Numbered from the stretch's first letter, positions 1 through 9,469 are shown. The stretch: 64,000 nt of DNA from Saprospirales bacterium (GCA_031398055.1 JANNMS010000263.1:5488-69487), one strand, 5' to 3'. Numbers and translations are program-made. Notes: a model not told the origin generated them from the letters alone.

Positions 1-686
1 TCAATGGTTTGACTTGGAAATTGGGCGTGATGCACGATTTTAATTTAAAATTTGACCCAAACAACAAAGAATTGGCAACCGAGTGGATTACCGCAGGTTT
101 GACATTTAATGCCAACCACAAATTGAACGGCACTGGAAATACCTTGAAAATCAGGAGCAGAGGCCGAAATTCCAACGGCACTTATGCCAGCCCAGACACT
201 TTGGTTTACCTGCCGGACCAAAATGCAGACGTCACTTTGCCCGCGACGGTCAGTTTGGGTTTGACTTACGTAAAAGCAAATAAATTGAAACTCGGCGTAC
301 AATATGACTACGCCGCTTGGTCAAATTACGAAAACAACATCCGCCCATTCAAAATGCGGAACACTTCGAGCATCGCGGCGGGACTGGAATATATTCCTAA
401 TTTTAGTTCATACAACAAAGCGTTGGCGCGCGTCCGGTATCGTGTTGGCGCATATTATCGGCAAGATTCGCGCATCATCAACAATGAAAATGTGGACGAC
501 CTCGGTATTTCTTTTGGTTTTGGATTGCCCGTGATTTTGCCCCGGCAAGGCACTTCGTTTGTCAACACGTCTTTTGAATTGGGGAAAATTGGCGGCGGAA
601 CGAGTGTCGAGGAGGCCTATTTTCGGATAAATTTGGGTTTCACTTTGAACGATAATTCGTGGTTTTACAAACGCAGATTTGAGTAA
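1..686 (+). CDS. Outer-membrane beta-barrel protein (FadL/porin-like), C-terminal part; 5' end lies outside the window
   Basis: The frame is open from the window edge. The sequence shows an alternating beta-strand pattern and an aromatic C-terminus, ...NDNSWFYKRRFE. No catalytic motif seen. Confidence 0.55.
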   Translation, partial: NGLTWKLGVMHDFNLKFDPNNKELATEWITAGLTFNANHKLNGTGNTLKIRSRGRNSNGTYASPDTLVYLPDQNADVTLPATVSLGLTYVKANKLKLGVQYDYAAWSNYENNIRPFKMRNTSSIAAGLEYIPNFSSYNKALARVRYRVGAYYRQDSRIINNENVDDLGISFGFGLPVILPRQGTSFVNTSFELGKIGGGTSVEEAYFRINLGFTLNDNSWFYKRRFE

Positions 687-691
687 TAGTT

Positions 692-755
692 ATTGGTTAT
701 TGGGGAATTGGTTATTGGTGTGCGCAGCCGGATAACCAATTCCCCAATAACCAAT
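692..755. repeat. 'Word' hairpin: perfect 24-bp arms (attggttattggggaattggttat / ataaccaattccccaataaccaat) built from TTATTGG-type words, with a 16-nt loop
   Basis: Arms at 692-715 and 732-755 are exact reverse complements. It begins 6 nt after the stop of the upstream + strand gene. Confidence 0.9.
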
Positions 756-772
756 TTCCCAATAACCAGTAA

Positions 773-803
773 CAAAAAAGGATGCCCTTTGTCAAAGGCA
801 TCC
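773..803 (-). terminator. Rho-independent terminator for the 840..1925 gene
   Basis: Hairpin ggatgccctttgtcaaaggcatcc at 780-803, followed on the minus strand by TTTTTTG. Confidence 0.7.
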
Positions 804-839
804 AGTGTGCAAGCAGTTCAGGAGATTACAGCCACAGAA

Positions 840-1925
840 TCAACGGTTTGAACCAGTTGACGGCGTGTGGCCTTCACCTGAGATTAGTATTTTTTCAATC
901 TCATTTATCAAGTTTTTGCCCGGCTCAGAAAATTTTGCGATGACCGACGCGTCATGTTTCGATTGCATCAAAAAAGCAAAATTATCGGCCAGCACCTCGT
1001 CCGGGTGGATAATGTAGTGCGTGTTGTCCTTGATTTGGCGGAAAAAATCGGGCAATTCGCGCAAATTCAACGTGCTCGAAAAACCGTCGGCTGCCGTCAC
1101 CACTTTCCAGCGATTTCCTTCCGGTTTGATTTCAAACAAATTGAATTCGAGATAACTGAAAAACTCAGATTTTTCGGTTTTGAAACCCACTTCGTTCGCA
1201 TAAATTATCGGAATGGCTTCGATTGCCTGCCCGGATTTGGTTTGGAGCGAGATCTTTTGGGCAAAATTCACACCGTCCGGGTTGAAAAGTGTGCGAGCCG
1301 CCAAACCTTCCGGCAAGATAAGTTTTTGAAAATCAATGTTTTCGAAGCCAATCAAGCCGTAAAGTTGGTTGCGTTTTTTCTCGTTCAAACGACTGTAAAC
1401 ATGAAACAATTCGTGAAACATGGTGGTCGTGAAAGCAGTCTTGTCTCGATTTTCCAATTCATTTTCTGGGATGACGATGCAGTTTTCGCGGGTATAATAA
1501 ACGCCGTCACCGTAATGTTTTCCTTTTGTTTTTATCAATTTCAGGTCGCGGGGAAACAAATCTTTCGAGACCGATTCGCAGGTTTTGAAAACGTGTTCCA
1601 TCACCGAGGCCACAAATTCAGTTTCTTTTCCGGTAAAATTTTCGACATCAGATTTCAAAAATTGCAGGTATTCATCTTTCAAATTTTCGCGGGTTTCGCC
1701 GTCGCGGAGCGGGCGTTTCATTTGGATTGAAATTTCGGAAGCCGTTACTTTTTCAAAAAAACCATCGAACCGATCGATGGTAATCGCATCGGCAGCTTCG
1801 GTGCTGTCCAAAAGCATCAAACGGGTGTTCGGGCTTAGTTGAACTTCGGCCAGCGGCTGTTGCGCCGAGCACGAAAAAAGCAGAACAAATGGGAGCAGGC
1901 CAATCAGGATAACTTTGATTTTCAT
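840..1925 (-). CDS. Lipoprotein with a zincin-like HExxH motif (putative metallopeptidase), otherwise uncharacterised
   Basis: Signal/lipobox LLPFVLLFSCSAQ and the motif TTMFHELFHVYS. Confidence 0.6.
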   Translation of the reverse strand: MKIKVILIGLLPFVLLFSCSAQQPLAEVQLSPNTRLMLLDSTEAADAITIDRFDGFFEKVTASEISIQMKRPLRDGETRENLKDEYLQFLKSDVENFTGKETEFVASVMEHVFKTCESVSKDLFPRDLKLIKTKGKHYGDGVYYTRENCIVIPENELENRDKTAFTTTMFHELFHVYSRLNEKKRNQLYGLIGFENIDFQKLILPEGLAARTLFNPDGVNFAQKISLQTKSGQAIEAIPIIYANEVGFKTEKSEFFSYLEFNLFEIKPEGNRWKVVTAADGFSSTLNLRELPDFFRQIKDNTHYIIHPDEVLADNFAFLMQSKHDASVIAKFSEPGKNLINEIEKILISGEGHTPSTGSNR

Positions 1926-2054
1926 ATTTTCAAAAAATTAGATTTTTTCCCTAACCATGTAGATTTTGAACGACCTACATATTTTTATTTTCCACAAATA
2001 TCCATGCGTCACTTGCTTACCATTCTTTGAAAAATGCCTAATGAAAGTTGGCTG

Positions 2055-2100
2055 ACAAAAAATAAAAACGCCCTGTCGGGCGGTGGCCAAAACAGGGCGT
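2055..2100 (-). terminator. Rho-independent terminator (minus-strand orientation)
   Basis: Stem acgccctgt (2068-2076) pairs with acagggcgt (2092-2100). On the minus strand it is followed by TTTTTATTTTTT. Confidence 0.6.
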
Positions 2101-2215
2101 TTTCGGGGAGTTCGTCGAAAAATGAAATCAAATTTTAGGCAGGTCGGCTTTTGTGCCTTTGCGAAATTCAACTAACCTTGAACTGTCCACAAAATCTTGC
2201 ATCTAAATATACCAA

Positions 2216-2396
2216 GCCGCAGAGCGGCGGAATCTTTGTAGCATTTGGCAAAAAAAGGGAGAATTGAAGGTGCAGCGCACCGAAATATCTCGGTGCGCTG
2301 CACCTTAACAAATTAATTGCCCGAACGGGTTTCTACAAATATTTTGGTGCGCTGCACCTGTTTTCGGCAACGCTTAAATTTTGGTGCGTTCAACCT
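2216..2396. repeat. Cluster of REP-like units of the form 'CTACAAA-KATT + GC mini-hairpin'. It includes a perfect 17-bp inverted repeat at 2267-2306 and three direct copies of AAATATYTYGGTGCGCTGCACCT.
   Basis: aaggtgcagcgcaccga/tcggtgcgctgcacctt at 2267-2306. Copies of ggtgcgctgcacct at 2292-2305 and 2346-2359, with a degenerate copy at 2383-2396. An inverted unit gccgcagagcggcggaatctttgtag at 2216-2242. Confidence 0.8.
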
Positions 2397-2403
2397 GAAA
2401 ATC

Positions 2404-2646
2404 TTACTGTTCATAAAAATCAAATTTTGAAACAGTTACGGTTGGGAATGGTGCATCCCCTTTAAATTTTTGAACAGCAAGCAATCGAGGGTTTTTGGCT
2501 TTTTTTGTAATTATTTTGGTCGGTTTTTGCCCCATTTCACGTTGTTGCAAAAACATCAAGTAATCCAAATATGCTTGAAGTTGGGACAAATATTTTGGTT
2601 CGAGTTGACCCAAGACTTGTTCGATAGAAATTGAATTTGCAGTCAT
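2404..2646 (-). CDS. Small DUF2281-like protein (possible orphan antitoxin-type protein)
   Basis: 80 aa. The N-terminal helix ...IEQVLGQLEPKYLSQLQAYLDYLMFLQ resembles DUF2281/VapB-like antitoxins. No partner toxin ORF is present. Confidence 0.4.
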   Translation of the reverse strand: MTANSISIEQVLGQLEPKYLSQLQAYLDYLMFLQQREMGQKPTKIITKKAKNPRLLAVQKFKGDAPFPTVTVSKFDFYEQ

Positions 2647-2694
2647 TTCTTAAATTTTTTGTTCAAAAGTATTGAAAATTCAATCTCAAAAACA

Positions 2695-2886
2695 TAACTA
2701 CTCAGGTTCTTTTTTCAATAAAAACCACCATTTATCCCTACTTCGAGTGTCATTCCGTAGGAATCTGCCCAAGTTTTTCCACAATTTTAATAAAAATCGA
2801 GGTGAATTTTGGGCAGATTTCTACGGAATGACACAGTGGAAAGGTGGAAACTGTGGTTTTTATTGAAAAAAGAACTTGAGTAGTTA
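2695..2886. repeat. Nested long inverted repeat (MITE-like or a complex terminator): 34-bp outer arms and 26-bp inner arms
   Basis: Outer arms 2695-2728 / 2853-2886 have 1 mismatch. Inner arms 2747-2772 / 2809-2834 have 1 mismatch. A T-run follows on the minus strand, downstream of ftsY. Confidence 0.85.
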
Positions 2887-2906
2887 CTCAAAAACAAACC
2901 CAAAGT

Positions 2907-3863
2907 TCATTTTTGGAAAAGCGACTCCACGAACGCCTTTTTATTAAAAATTTGAAGTTGCGTGATGGACTCGCCCACCCCGATATATTTTATCGGAATT
3001 TTGAATTGGTCGCTGATTCCAATCGCCACCCCACCCTTCGCCGTGCCGTCCAATTTTGTCAAAGCTAAAGCCGTGACCGGGGCAACTTCCGTGAATTGTT
3101 TGGCCTGTTCGATAGCATTTTGTCCGGTCGAGGCATCCAAAACCAGTAAAATTTCGTGCGGCGCACCCGGCAAACTTTTTTCCACCGACCGACGAATTTT
3201 CCCCAATTCAGCCATCAAATGTGTTTTCGTGTGCAGCCGTCCGGCGGTGTCGATGATGCAAATATCGCAGTCGTTTTTCAGGGCAAATTGCGTGGCTTCG
3301 TAGGCCACCGCGCCGGGGTCGGTGTTCATGCCTTTTGAAAAAAACTCGCAGCCGACGCGGTTCGCCCAGATTTTCAATTGGTCAACCGCCGCTGCGCGAA
3401 AAGTATCGGCCGCACCGAGCACGACTTTGTATCCTTTTTGTTTAAATTGGTAGGCCAATTTGCCGATGGTCGTGGTTTTTCCAACGCCGTTCACGCCGAC
3501 GACCATCAAAATATACGGTTTTTTGCCCGTCGGAAAATCGAAATCATCAAAATCCTCGGTGTTGTTTTCGCCCAACATTTGAACGATTTCGTCACGCAGA
3601 ATGCCGTTCAACTCGTTGGCATCCAAATATTTATCTTTCGAAACGCGGTCTTCGATGCGTTTGATGATTTTCACGGTGGTCTCCAAACCGACATCCGACG
3701 AAATCAAAATCGTCTCCAATTCGTCCAAAACTTCCTCGTCCACCGTGCTTTTCCCCGCGACCGCCCGCGAGATTTTGCCGAAAAAACCCTCTTTCGTTTT
3801 TTCTAAACCTTTGTCTAAATCTTCTTTTTTTTCTTTTGAAAAAAATCTGTCAAAAAATCCCAT
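2907..3863 (-). CDS. ftsY: Signal recognition particle receptor FtsY
   Basis: SRP GTPase motifs GVNGVGKTTTIGKLA, DTAGRL and TKLDGTAKGG. Confidence 0.95.
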   Translation of the reverse strand: MGFFDRFFSKEKKEDLDKGLEKTKEGFFGKISRAVAGKSTVDEEVLDELETILISSDVGLETTVKIIKRIEDRVSKDKYLDANELNGILRDEIVQMLGENNTEDFDDFDFPTGKKPYILMVVGVNGVGKTTTIGKLAYQFKQKGYKVVLGAADTFRAAAVDQLKIWANRVGCEFFSKGMNTDPGAVAYEATQFALKNDCDICIIDTAGRLHTKTHLMAELGKIRRSVEKSLPGAPHEILLVLDASTGQNAIEQAKQFTEVAPVTALALTKLDGTAKGGVAIGISDQFKIPIKYIGVGESITQLQIFNKKAFVESLFQK

Positions 3864-3868
3864 GTTCA

Positions 3869-3970
3869 GTTATTAGTTATTGGTTATTAGTTATCAGTTA
3901 TCGGTTATTGAATTTTCAAGCACGGTCAGACGACCAATAACTATTAACCAATAACCAACAACCAATTATA
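3869..3970. repeat. 'Word' hairpin (imperfect) built from GTTATT/TTATTGG words
   Basis: agttattagttattggttattagttatcagttatcggttattg pairs with cgaccaataactattaaccaataaccaacaaccaattataact. It fills the ftsY / response-regulator intergenic gap. Confidence 0.7.
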
Positions 3971-4736
3971 ACTCGCCGTGCATATTTCTGAGCGTATTCA
4001 ACAAGTCTGTTTTTTTGCGGCGCGAGACCTCGACGTTGTCGCCGTTTTCCAAAATCAAATAGCCGCCCTCGCCTTTCACATAACTTTTCATAAAATTCAT
4101 GTTGACGATGTGTTTTTTGTGGACGCGCACAAAACTCAGGCGGACCAGGGTGTCTTCGTAAGCTTTGATGGTTTTCGAAGCCGTGATTTTTTCGCCGCCG
4201 CGCAGGAAAAAATGCGTGTAATTGTCCTCGGCTTCGAGGCGAACGATGTCGCGCAATTTGACAAAAAAGATGCCGTCCAAACCTGAAATGCCTATTTTTT
4301 CAAAAGCATTGGGCATGCCCGGATTGTAATTTTGTTGCAAAACGTCCAGCCGTTGTTTGGTTTTGACCGATTTTTTCCCGGCGCGAACCCGGCTGACGGC
4401 ACGCCGCAAATCCTCGCCTTCGATGGGTTTCAAAACATAATCGATGGCCGAAAAATCAAATGCTTTCAAAGCATATTTGTCAAAAGCGGTGACGAAAATG
4501 ATGTCGAACGGAATGTCTTCGAGGGCTTGCAAACCTTGAAAAATCAATCCGTCAAGCACTTTGATGTCCAAAAAAGCCACGTCGATTTGGCTTTCTTTGG
4601 CATCCACGATTTTTTGCAAATCGGCGTTTGACGCCCCGGTCGCGATGATTTCAACCTCCGGGCAATATTTCTCCAACATATTTTGGAGGTTGAGGAGACT
4701 GGTTTCCTCGTCTTCGATAATGATGGCGCGTGTCAT
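3966..4736 (-). CDS. LytR/AlgR-family response regulator (receiver + LytTR DNA-binding domain)
   Basis: The receiver starts MTRAIIIEDEE, with DVAFLDIKV. The LytTR C-terminus reads ...FVRVHKKHIVNMNFM. I prefer the start at 4736 over the ORF-track start at 4874. Confidence 0.85.
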   Translation of the reverse strand: MTRAIIIEDEETSLLNLQNMLEKYCPEVEIIATGASNADLQKIVDAKESQIDVAFLDIKVLDGLIFQGLQALEDIPFDIIFVTAFDKYALKAFDFSAIDYVLKPIEGEDLRRAVSRVRAGKKSVKTKQRLDVLQQNYNPGMPNAFEKIGISGLDGIFFVKLRDIVRLEAEDNYTHFFLRGGEKITASKTIKAYEDTLVRLSFVRVHKKHIVNMNFMKSYVKGEGGYLILENGDNVEVSRRKKTDLLNTLRNMHGEL

Positions 4737-4898
4737 CGTTTTCTCTATTTTTTGGTGAAAGATGCTTGTTGAATTCGAGCCCCAAATGTAGTTGGATTGG
4801 TGGATTGGTTGACGGATTGGCGGTTTTTCATTAAAAAAATGTGCCATTCCAGACAGTTGCGAGGAATGGCACATTTGAAAAAGAGGCCAAAATTTCTT

Positions 4899-6407
4899 TC
4901 AATTTGTCAAAACAATTTTGCTTTGAAAATGAATGCGTTTGCTGTCCCGAAAAAGGGTTGAATAGATTCCTGGTGGCAAAAAATGCAGGTCAACCGAAGC
5001 CGCATTGATGATTTCTTGCTGAAAAACCAGCCTTCCGGTCAGGTCAAAAATGGACATTTCCTGCGTCCCGACACTTTCGGGCAGCCAAATATTGACGATT
5101 CCATTGCTCGGATTTGGAAAAACAGTTGGTTTTTCAGCATTTCCATCAATTTCACCAACCGGAACCGGGCTGCAAAAAATACTGTCCACACAACCATCGG
5201 GCGTTATTTTCACCAACCAACAATAGGCCAAGTTGCCAGTTTCGGTCATTCCGCCCGCGATGATGTTGCCGCTCGAAAGTTCGCCACCGCCTCCCAAAAA
5301 ACTCCTACTTGGAACGGTGTTTTCAAAAACTGGCTCGATGTTTTTTGTCCAGACCGTGTCGCCTTCCGAATTGAACTTGACAAACCAACCTTGGTACCTG
5401 CCAAAATTGAGGCTCCCGACCAAACGTTGCCCGACACCCATGTAATTGCCGTCCTTGGTTGGAAAAATATTGTAAATCACATTGATCAGGCCATCTTTTG
5501 ACACTTCATAGTTATTGACTTTCGTAACTTTAAATGCAGTATCCATAACAGCAGCGAAATTTGCGACTTCTTCCAAGGAAGGGCTTTTTTTCAACGCATT
5601 CCTTCCAAAAACCAAGTAACCATCGTTAGAAGGTTTTTTTAAAACATAGGAACAAATATCAATCGGCCCATTGGGATCGGGTTTGAATTCTTTGATAATA
5701 TTGCCATCGAAATCAAACTGTACCATCCATGAACTATAATCTGCCTCTGTATTGCCTTTGTTTAATACGTATCCGCCCACAGCCAAAATAGTAGAGTCGT
5801 TTATCAGGATAAATTCCTTCAAATATTCGTCAACTTTTGGTTCGCCGTAATAGGCCATCCATTGGGTATTGCCCTGTTTGTCTATTTTTCGGATAAAGGC
5901 ATCAATGTAATAATCATTCCTTTGGGCATCGCCACCAACAATGTAACCATCATCTAATTCAACAATTGACCGAGGAAATTTAACCAGACTGGTCATGTCA
6001 GGATAAACTTTTACAAACTCGGTTTGAAAATGCCTGTCAAATTTGATGGCCATTGCATCATTGGAAGCAAAAGTAAATGCGGTGGCCAAAAAACCGCCAT
6101 CATTGGTCTGTTCGATATCTGCCCACAGCTCGCCCGTGGAAAGTGCCCATCCCAAACTATCACAAATCAATTGATTGTCAATAAACAAGCCGGATGAATC
6201 ATATCGTGCAAAATACAAACATTGGTAGAAAGGTGGGTCTTTTGGTCGTGCCATTCCGTAGCCAATTATCGTATCATTTATTACCAAAACCCTGCGAAAT
6301 TGGTTGCGAGGAAAACCTTCATCATATTTATTATTAAATCCGGGTTGGCATATCGAAATAGTTGAGGCTATTGGCAAAAACAATAGAATGAAGATAAACT
6401 TTTTCAT
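4899..6407 (-). CDS. Secreted protein with a type-A T9SS C-terminal sorting domain
   Basis: N-terminal signal peptide. C-terminus VFPNPSNGIVNIWL...IFDLTGRLV...GIYSTLF... Confidence 0.8.
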   Translation of the reverse strand: MKKFIFILLFLPIASTISICQPGFNNKYDEGFPRNQFRRVLVINDTIIGYGMARPKDPPFYQCLYFARYDSSGLFIDNQLICDSLGWALSTGELWADIEQTNDGGFLATAFTFASNDAMAIKFDRHFQTEFVKVYPDMTSLVKFPRSIVELDDGYIVGGDAQRNDYYIDAFIRKIDKQGNTQWMAYYGEPKVDEYLKEFILINDSTILAVGGYVLNKGNTEADYSSWMVQFDFDGNIIKEFKPDPNGPIDICSYVLKKPSNDGYLVFGRNALKKSPSLEEVANFAAVMDTAFKVTKVNNYEVSKDGLINVIYNIFPTKDGNYMGVGQRLVGSLNFGRYQGWFVKFNSEGDTVWTKNIEPVFENTVPSRSFLGGGGELSSGNIIAGGMTETGNLAYCWLVKITPDGCVDSIFCSPVPVGEIDGNAEKPTVFPNPSNGIVNIWLPESVGTQEMSIFDLTGRLVFQQEIINAASVDLHFLPPGIYSTLFRDSKRIHFQSKIVLTN

Positions 6408-6478
6408 TGCTTCTTTTATTTTTGATGAAAAACAAAAGCCAGTATTGTTGCCAAATGCAACAATACTGGCATAATTGA

Positions 6479-9469
6479 TCAGTGAGCAACAACAAGTTTA
6501 CTTCGGAAGTGAATTCGATTATTCGATTGAATAACAACAGTATAAAATCCAGAAGGAATTCCTTTTAAATCAACAGTTGCAGATTGGGCAATTTTTTGGT
6601 TGACCATCATTTTGCCAGTCAAATCAAACAGACAAAATTGGTGCGGGGCAAGACCATCTGGACAACGAATTTCAAGCAAGCCACGGCTTGGATTTGGAAA
6701 AATTTCAAAACCCGGCTTGTTTGGAGAAACCGAGCCTGATTTAGCAGGTTTTTCGCCCAATTCCAAATCATCACAATATGACCAAGTTTCCCGGTCATTT
6801 CTGAACAAGACCTCTTTTGCCAAATAACCGGGTTCGGAACAGTCCGAAACCCACAAATTCAAACTGTCCAAAACCGTTTCCGGTAAATGGTTCAATGATT
6901 CCCCGTTTTCCAATGATGGCCGGATGATTGCCAAAACCTGTTTGATTTTATCAAGTTCGTCGGCTTGTTGTGCTGTCAATTGATTTCGGATTGGAATTTG
7001 GAGCAACCAATTGTCATAAGATTGGAATCCTTTTTTGAAAAAATAATGCCGTGCAATGCTTTGGTCAGATTCATAGGATTGCAGGTTTTTGTACCACTCG
7101 AACAAGGAATCAATTTTGATCCCCAAAGTGTCCAGCGCGTAAAATTGGACAATTTTTGACCCAATTCTATCCATTTCAGCGCGATGGACAGCAATTTCTC
7201 CTTCTAAAATTGTTTTTTGTGCCGGGTCGGTTGTTGTGGACAAAGTTATTTTTTTTGCCAACCAGGATGACTTCGCTTCTCCAAAATCAGTTTTTACAGA
7301 TTCTGGACATTCAACACAACCATCGTCATTGGGAACAGGACAATCTCCGTTTGCAAAAGGTGTCGGCTCCACATCTACATTAACCGCAACTTGTGGGGTT
7401 TGGATTGGAACGTTTAAGTGGTAATAGGTAAATTGATTGCCAGTGTTCCAGATATCAAAATTTGCGTTTTCAAAAGTGTTACCTGTTGCTACATTTCCCG
7501 GAAGAAATTGGTCAAACCTGCCCTGCGGGTTCCTAATCCCAGTCCCAGAGATGTAAATATGCGAATTTATACTTCCGGAATATTCGTTGCACTCGTACAT
7601 CAGTCCACGGGTCGAGCTTGCTGCATTTATACCTTGTGCGAGATCCCCGATATCCAAATCGAAGTATTTATTAAGGTGGATCAGGTTTTCGGCCTCACCT
7701 AAGTTGCGGGCAAGCGTCCCGACAAGGATTTCTTCTTCTTCGTTGTCAATGGATTGGAAGGTGTTGTTGGAAACATCGAAATTGGATTGTTGACCCAATA
7801 ATTCCAGTCCAATAAAAGGTTCATTCGGTTGCGCCGGGCATTCATTTTTCCGGTCAATGTTAAAGGTTGAACCTGTAATCCTAAATGCCTCTGGAAATGC
7901 AGAATGTACCCCGGTATAACATCGTGCGAACGACGAACCAGTGATAGAATACCCGCCGTTCAAAATCTTCAACGACGAGGAACGGACACCAAAATCGAAG
8001 TACCTCAACCAAACTGTCCCTTGCAAAATGAACCCTGCATCTTTGGCAACTATCCCGTTGGCGCGGTCCGCCCGCCCGCCGCAACCTTGGATCCGGTTGT
8101 CGAACAAAAAACTCGAGGAGATTTTTAGACCAGAAATGCCCTCCATTTTTATCAAGGTCGGCTTGGAACTGCCCCGATAATTGTCGTTCACGATAAAAAT
8201 GGAAGCGTTTACAAAACTCTTGTTTGGCTGTAAAACACCATTATTGACAAAGGTATGGCTGCCAAACTCCAGCCCAATCGAACAGTTTTCAAGCCTTCCT
8301 CTTGCCTCAATTATCCCACCACCTTTGTTGTCCTCGGCATCAAACTCGACCGCGCCAATCCCATGAACGGCATGTTCAACTTTTCCACTTCCGTTCAATT
8401 GAACAAGACCTGCATTTGTGGTAGTCTGGTCTGCATTTTGGGTGCCTTCCACTTCGATCCCGCCCCACATTCCACACGAAGCGGTAATTGTTGAGTTGAT
8501 GACCAATTTCCCGCTTTTTTTTACAAAAATATAAGTACCAGATGCCATGTTCACTACTGCGTTCAAAATCAATGTCGCCCCTGCAGGCACTTCAATGTTC
8601 TGTTCAAAAGTGGAAGCACTGTTCCAAGTTGTCGTTCCTGGTGGCACAACAAACTGCTGGTTTATTTGAAAATTTTGAACTTCAGGATGGTATTTTAAAA
8701 AGTAGCGCATCCGTAGAACTTGCTCAGGCTCAAACCTGTCTTGACACCTTTTCGGCGTAGTGTATGCCATAAAATTTTTAAAAATAGTGGAACTGATGCT
8801 AGGGTGAGAAGTAGAAACGGAACAATCATCATTTACGATTATGAAATCATCATTGGTTACTGGGTTTATTACAGTTCCACAAACTAAATCCCCACAACAA
8901 TTACAGCCCGGATAAAAAACTCCTGAGCCATCTGGGCAAACCGTAGTTTGTTCATCGCAAGTGGTCGCAAATGTGTGATATAAACCCAAACAGTGCCCGA
9001 CTTCGTGAATAAGAACAGGTAAACTTGAGGCGGGAACGCCATTTTCAGAGCCTTCTACCCAAAGTCTATTATCAGGGACTGTACCTACTGATCCTTGCGC
9101 CACTCCGTTGTCTGGACGAATATTAACAGTCAATCCGCCTATAAAATTCTGCTCGACATTTGCTACTTGAAAGCATTTCCCATCGGGAGCTGCTGCCAGA
9201 ATGAAATAAATGTGGGATGGTTCAGGGTTGTATGCCTTGTTCAAATTGTTCAGGGCAATTGTAGTCCGGCGGGTAAGCTCTGCGTTGCCCAAATTGGCTG
9301 TCCATGTTCCAGTACTGGCGTTCTCAACAAAAACAAAGTAGGTTCGGATATAAAACTTCCCGGTTACTTGATCATAGGGCCCCGTGAAACTTTGGGAAAA
9401 AAGAGGCAGGAAAAAAAAATGGAGAAGGATCATGATTACCCCCCCCTGAAAAAGAATTGTTTTTTTCAT
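6479..9469 (-). CDS. Secreted zinc metalloprotease-like protein (HExxHxxGxxH, M43/metzincin-like) with a large beta-helix-like region and a type-A T9SS C-terminal domain
   Basis: HEVGHCLGLYHTF. C-terminus FEIFPNPSRGLLEIRC...LFDLTGKMM...GFYTVVI. I prefer the start MKKTILF at 9469. Confidence 0.8.
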   Translation of the reverse strand: MKKTILFQGGVIMILLHFFFLPLFSQSFTGPYDQVTGKFYIRTYFVFVENASTGTWTANLGNAELTRRTTIALNNLNKAYNPEPSHIYFILAAAPDGKCFQVANVEQNFIGGLTVNIRPDNGVAQGSVGTVPDNRLWVEGSENGVPASSLPVLIHEVGHCLGLYHTFATTCDEQTTVCPDGSGVFYPGCNCCGDLVCGTVINPVTNDDFIIVNDDCSVSTSHPSISSTIFKNFMAYTTPKRCQDRFEPEQVLRMRYFLKYHPEVQNFQINQQFVVPPGTTTWNSASTFEQNIEVPAGATLILNAVVNMASGTYIFVKKSGKLVINSTITASCGMWGGIEVEGTQNADQTTTNAGLVQLNGSGKVEHAVHGIGAVEFDAEDNKGGGIIEARGRLENCSIGLEFGSHTFVNNGVLQPNKSFVNASIFIVNDNYRGSSKPTLIKMEGISGLKISSSFLFDNRIQGCGGRADRANGIVAKDAGFILQGTVWLRYFDFGVRSSSLKILNGGYSITGSSFARCYTGVHSAFPEAFRITGSTFNIDRKNECPAQPNEPFIGLELLGQQSNFDVSNNTFQSIDNEEEEILVGTLARNLGEAENLIHLNKYFDLDIGDLAQGINAASSTRGLMYECNEYSGSINSHIYISGTGIRNPQGRFDQFLPGNVATGNTFENANFDIWNTGNQFTYYHLNVPIQTPQVAVNVDVEPTPFANGDCPVPNDDGCVECPESVKTDFGEAKSSWLAKKITLSTTTDPAQKTILEGEIAVHRAEMDRIGSKIVQFYALDTLGIKIDSLFEWYKNLQSYESDQSIARHYFFKKGFQSYDNWLLQIPIRNQLTAQQADELDKIKQVLAIIRPSLENGESLNHLPETVLDSLNLWVSDCSEPGYLAKEVLFRNDRETWSYCDDLELGEKPAKSGSVSPNKPGFEIFPNPSRGLLEIRCPDGLAPHQFCLFDLTGKMMVNQKIAQSATVDLKGIPSGFYTVVIQSNNRIHFRSKLVVAH

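Noticed and set aside
1938-2171. 77-aa ORF on the - strand downstream of the DUF2281-like gene, considered as a possible toxin partner
   Set aside because: It spans the terminator hairpin and its composition is basic low complexity. It has no PIN, RelE or HicA-like motifs.
4737-4874. N-terminal extensions offered by the ORF track. They affect the response regulator (4874), protease (9571), paaA (24360), trpE (42647), PaaY-like (45790), Lrp (51290), lipoprotein (54122) and four-helix-bundle gene (49186).
   Set aside because: In each case an internal Met starts exactly at the conserved domain or signal peptide. The extension has no homology-like features and often runs through hairpin repeats or a neighbouring gene.
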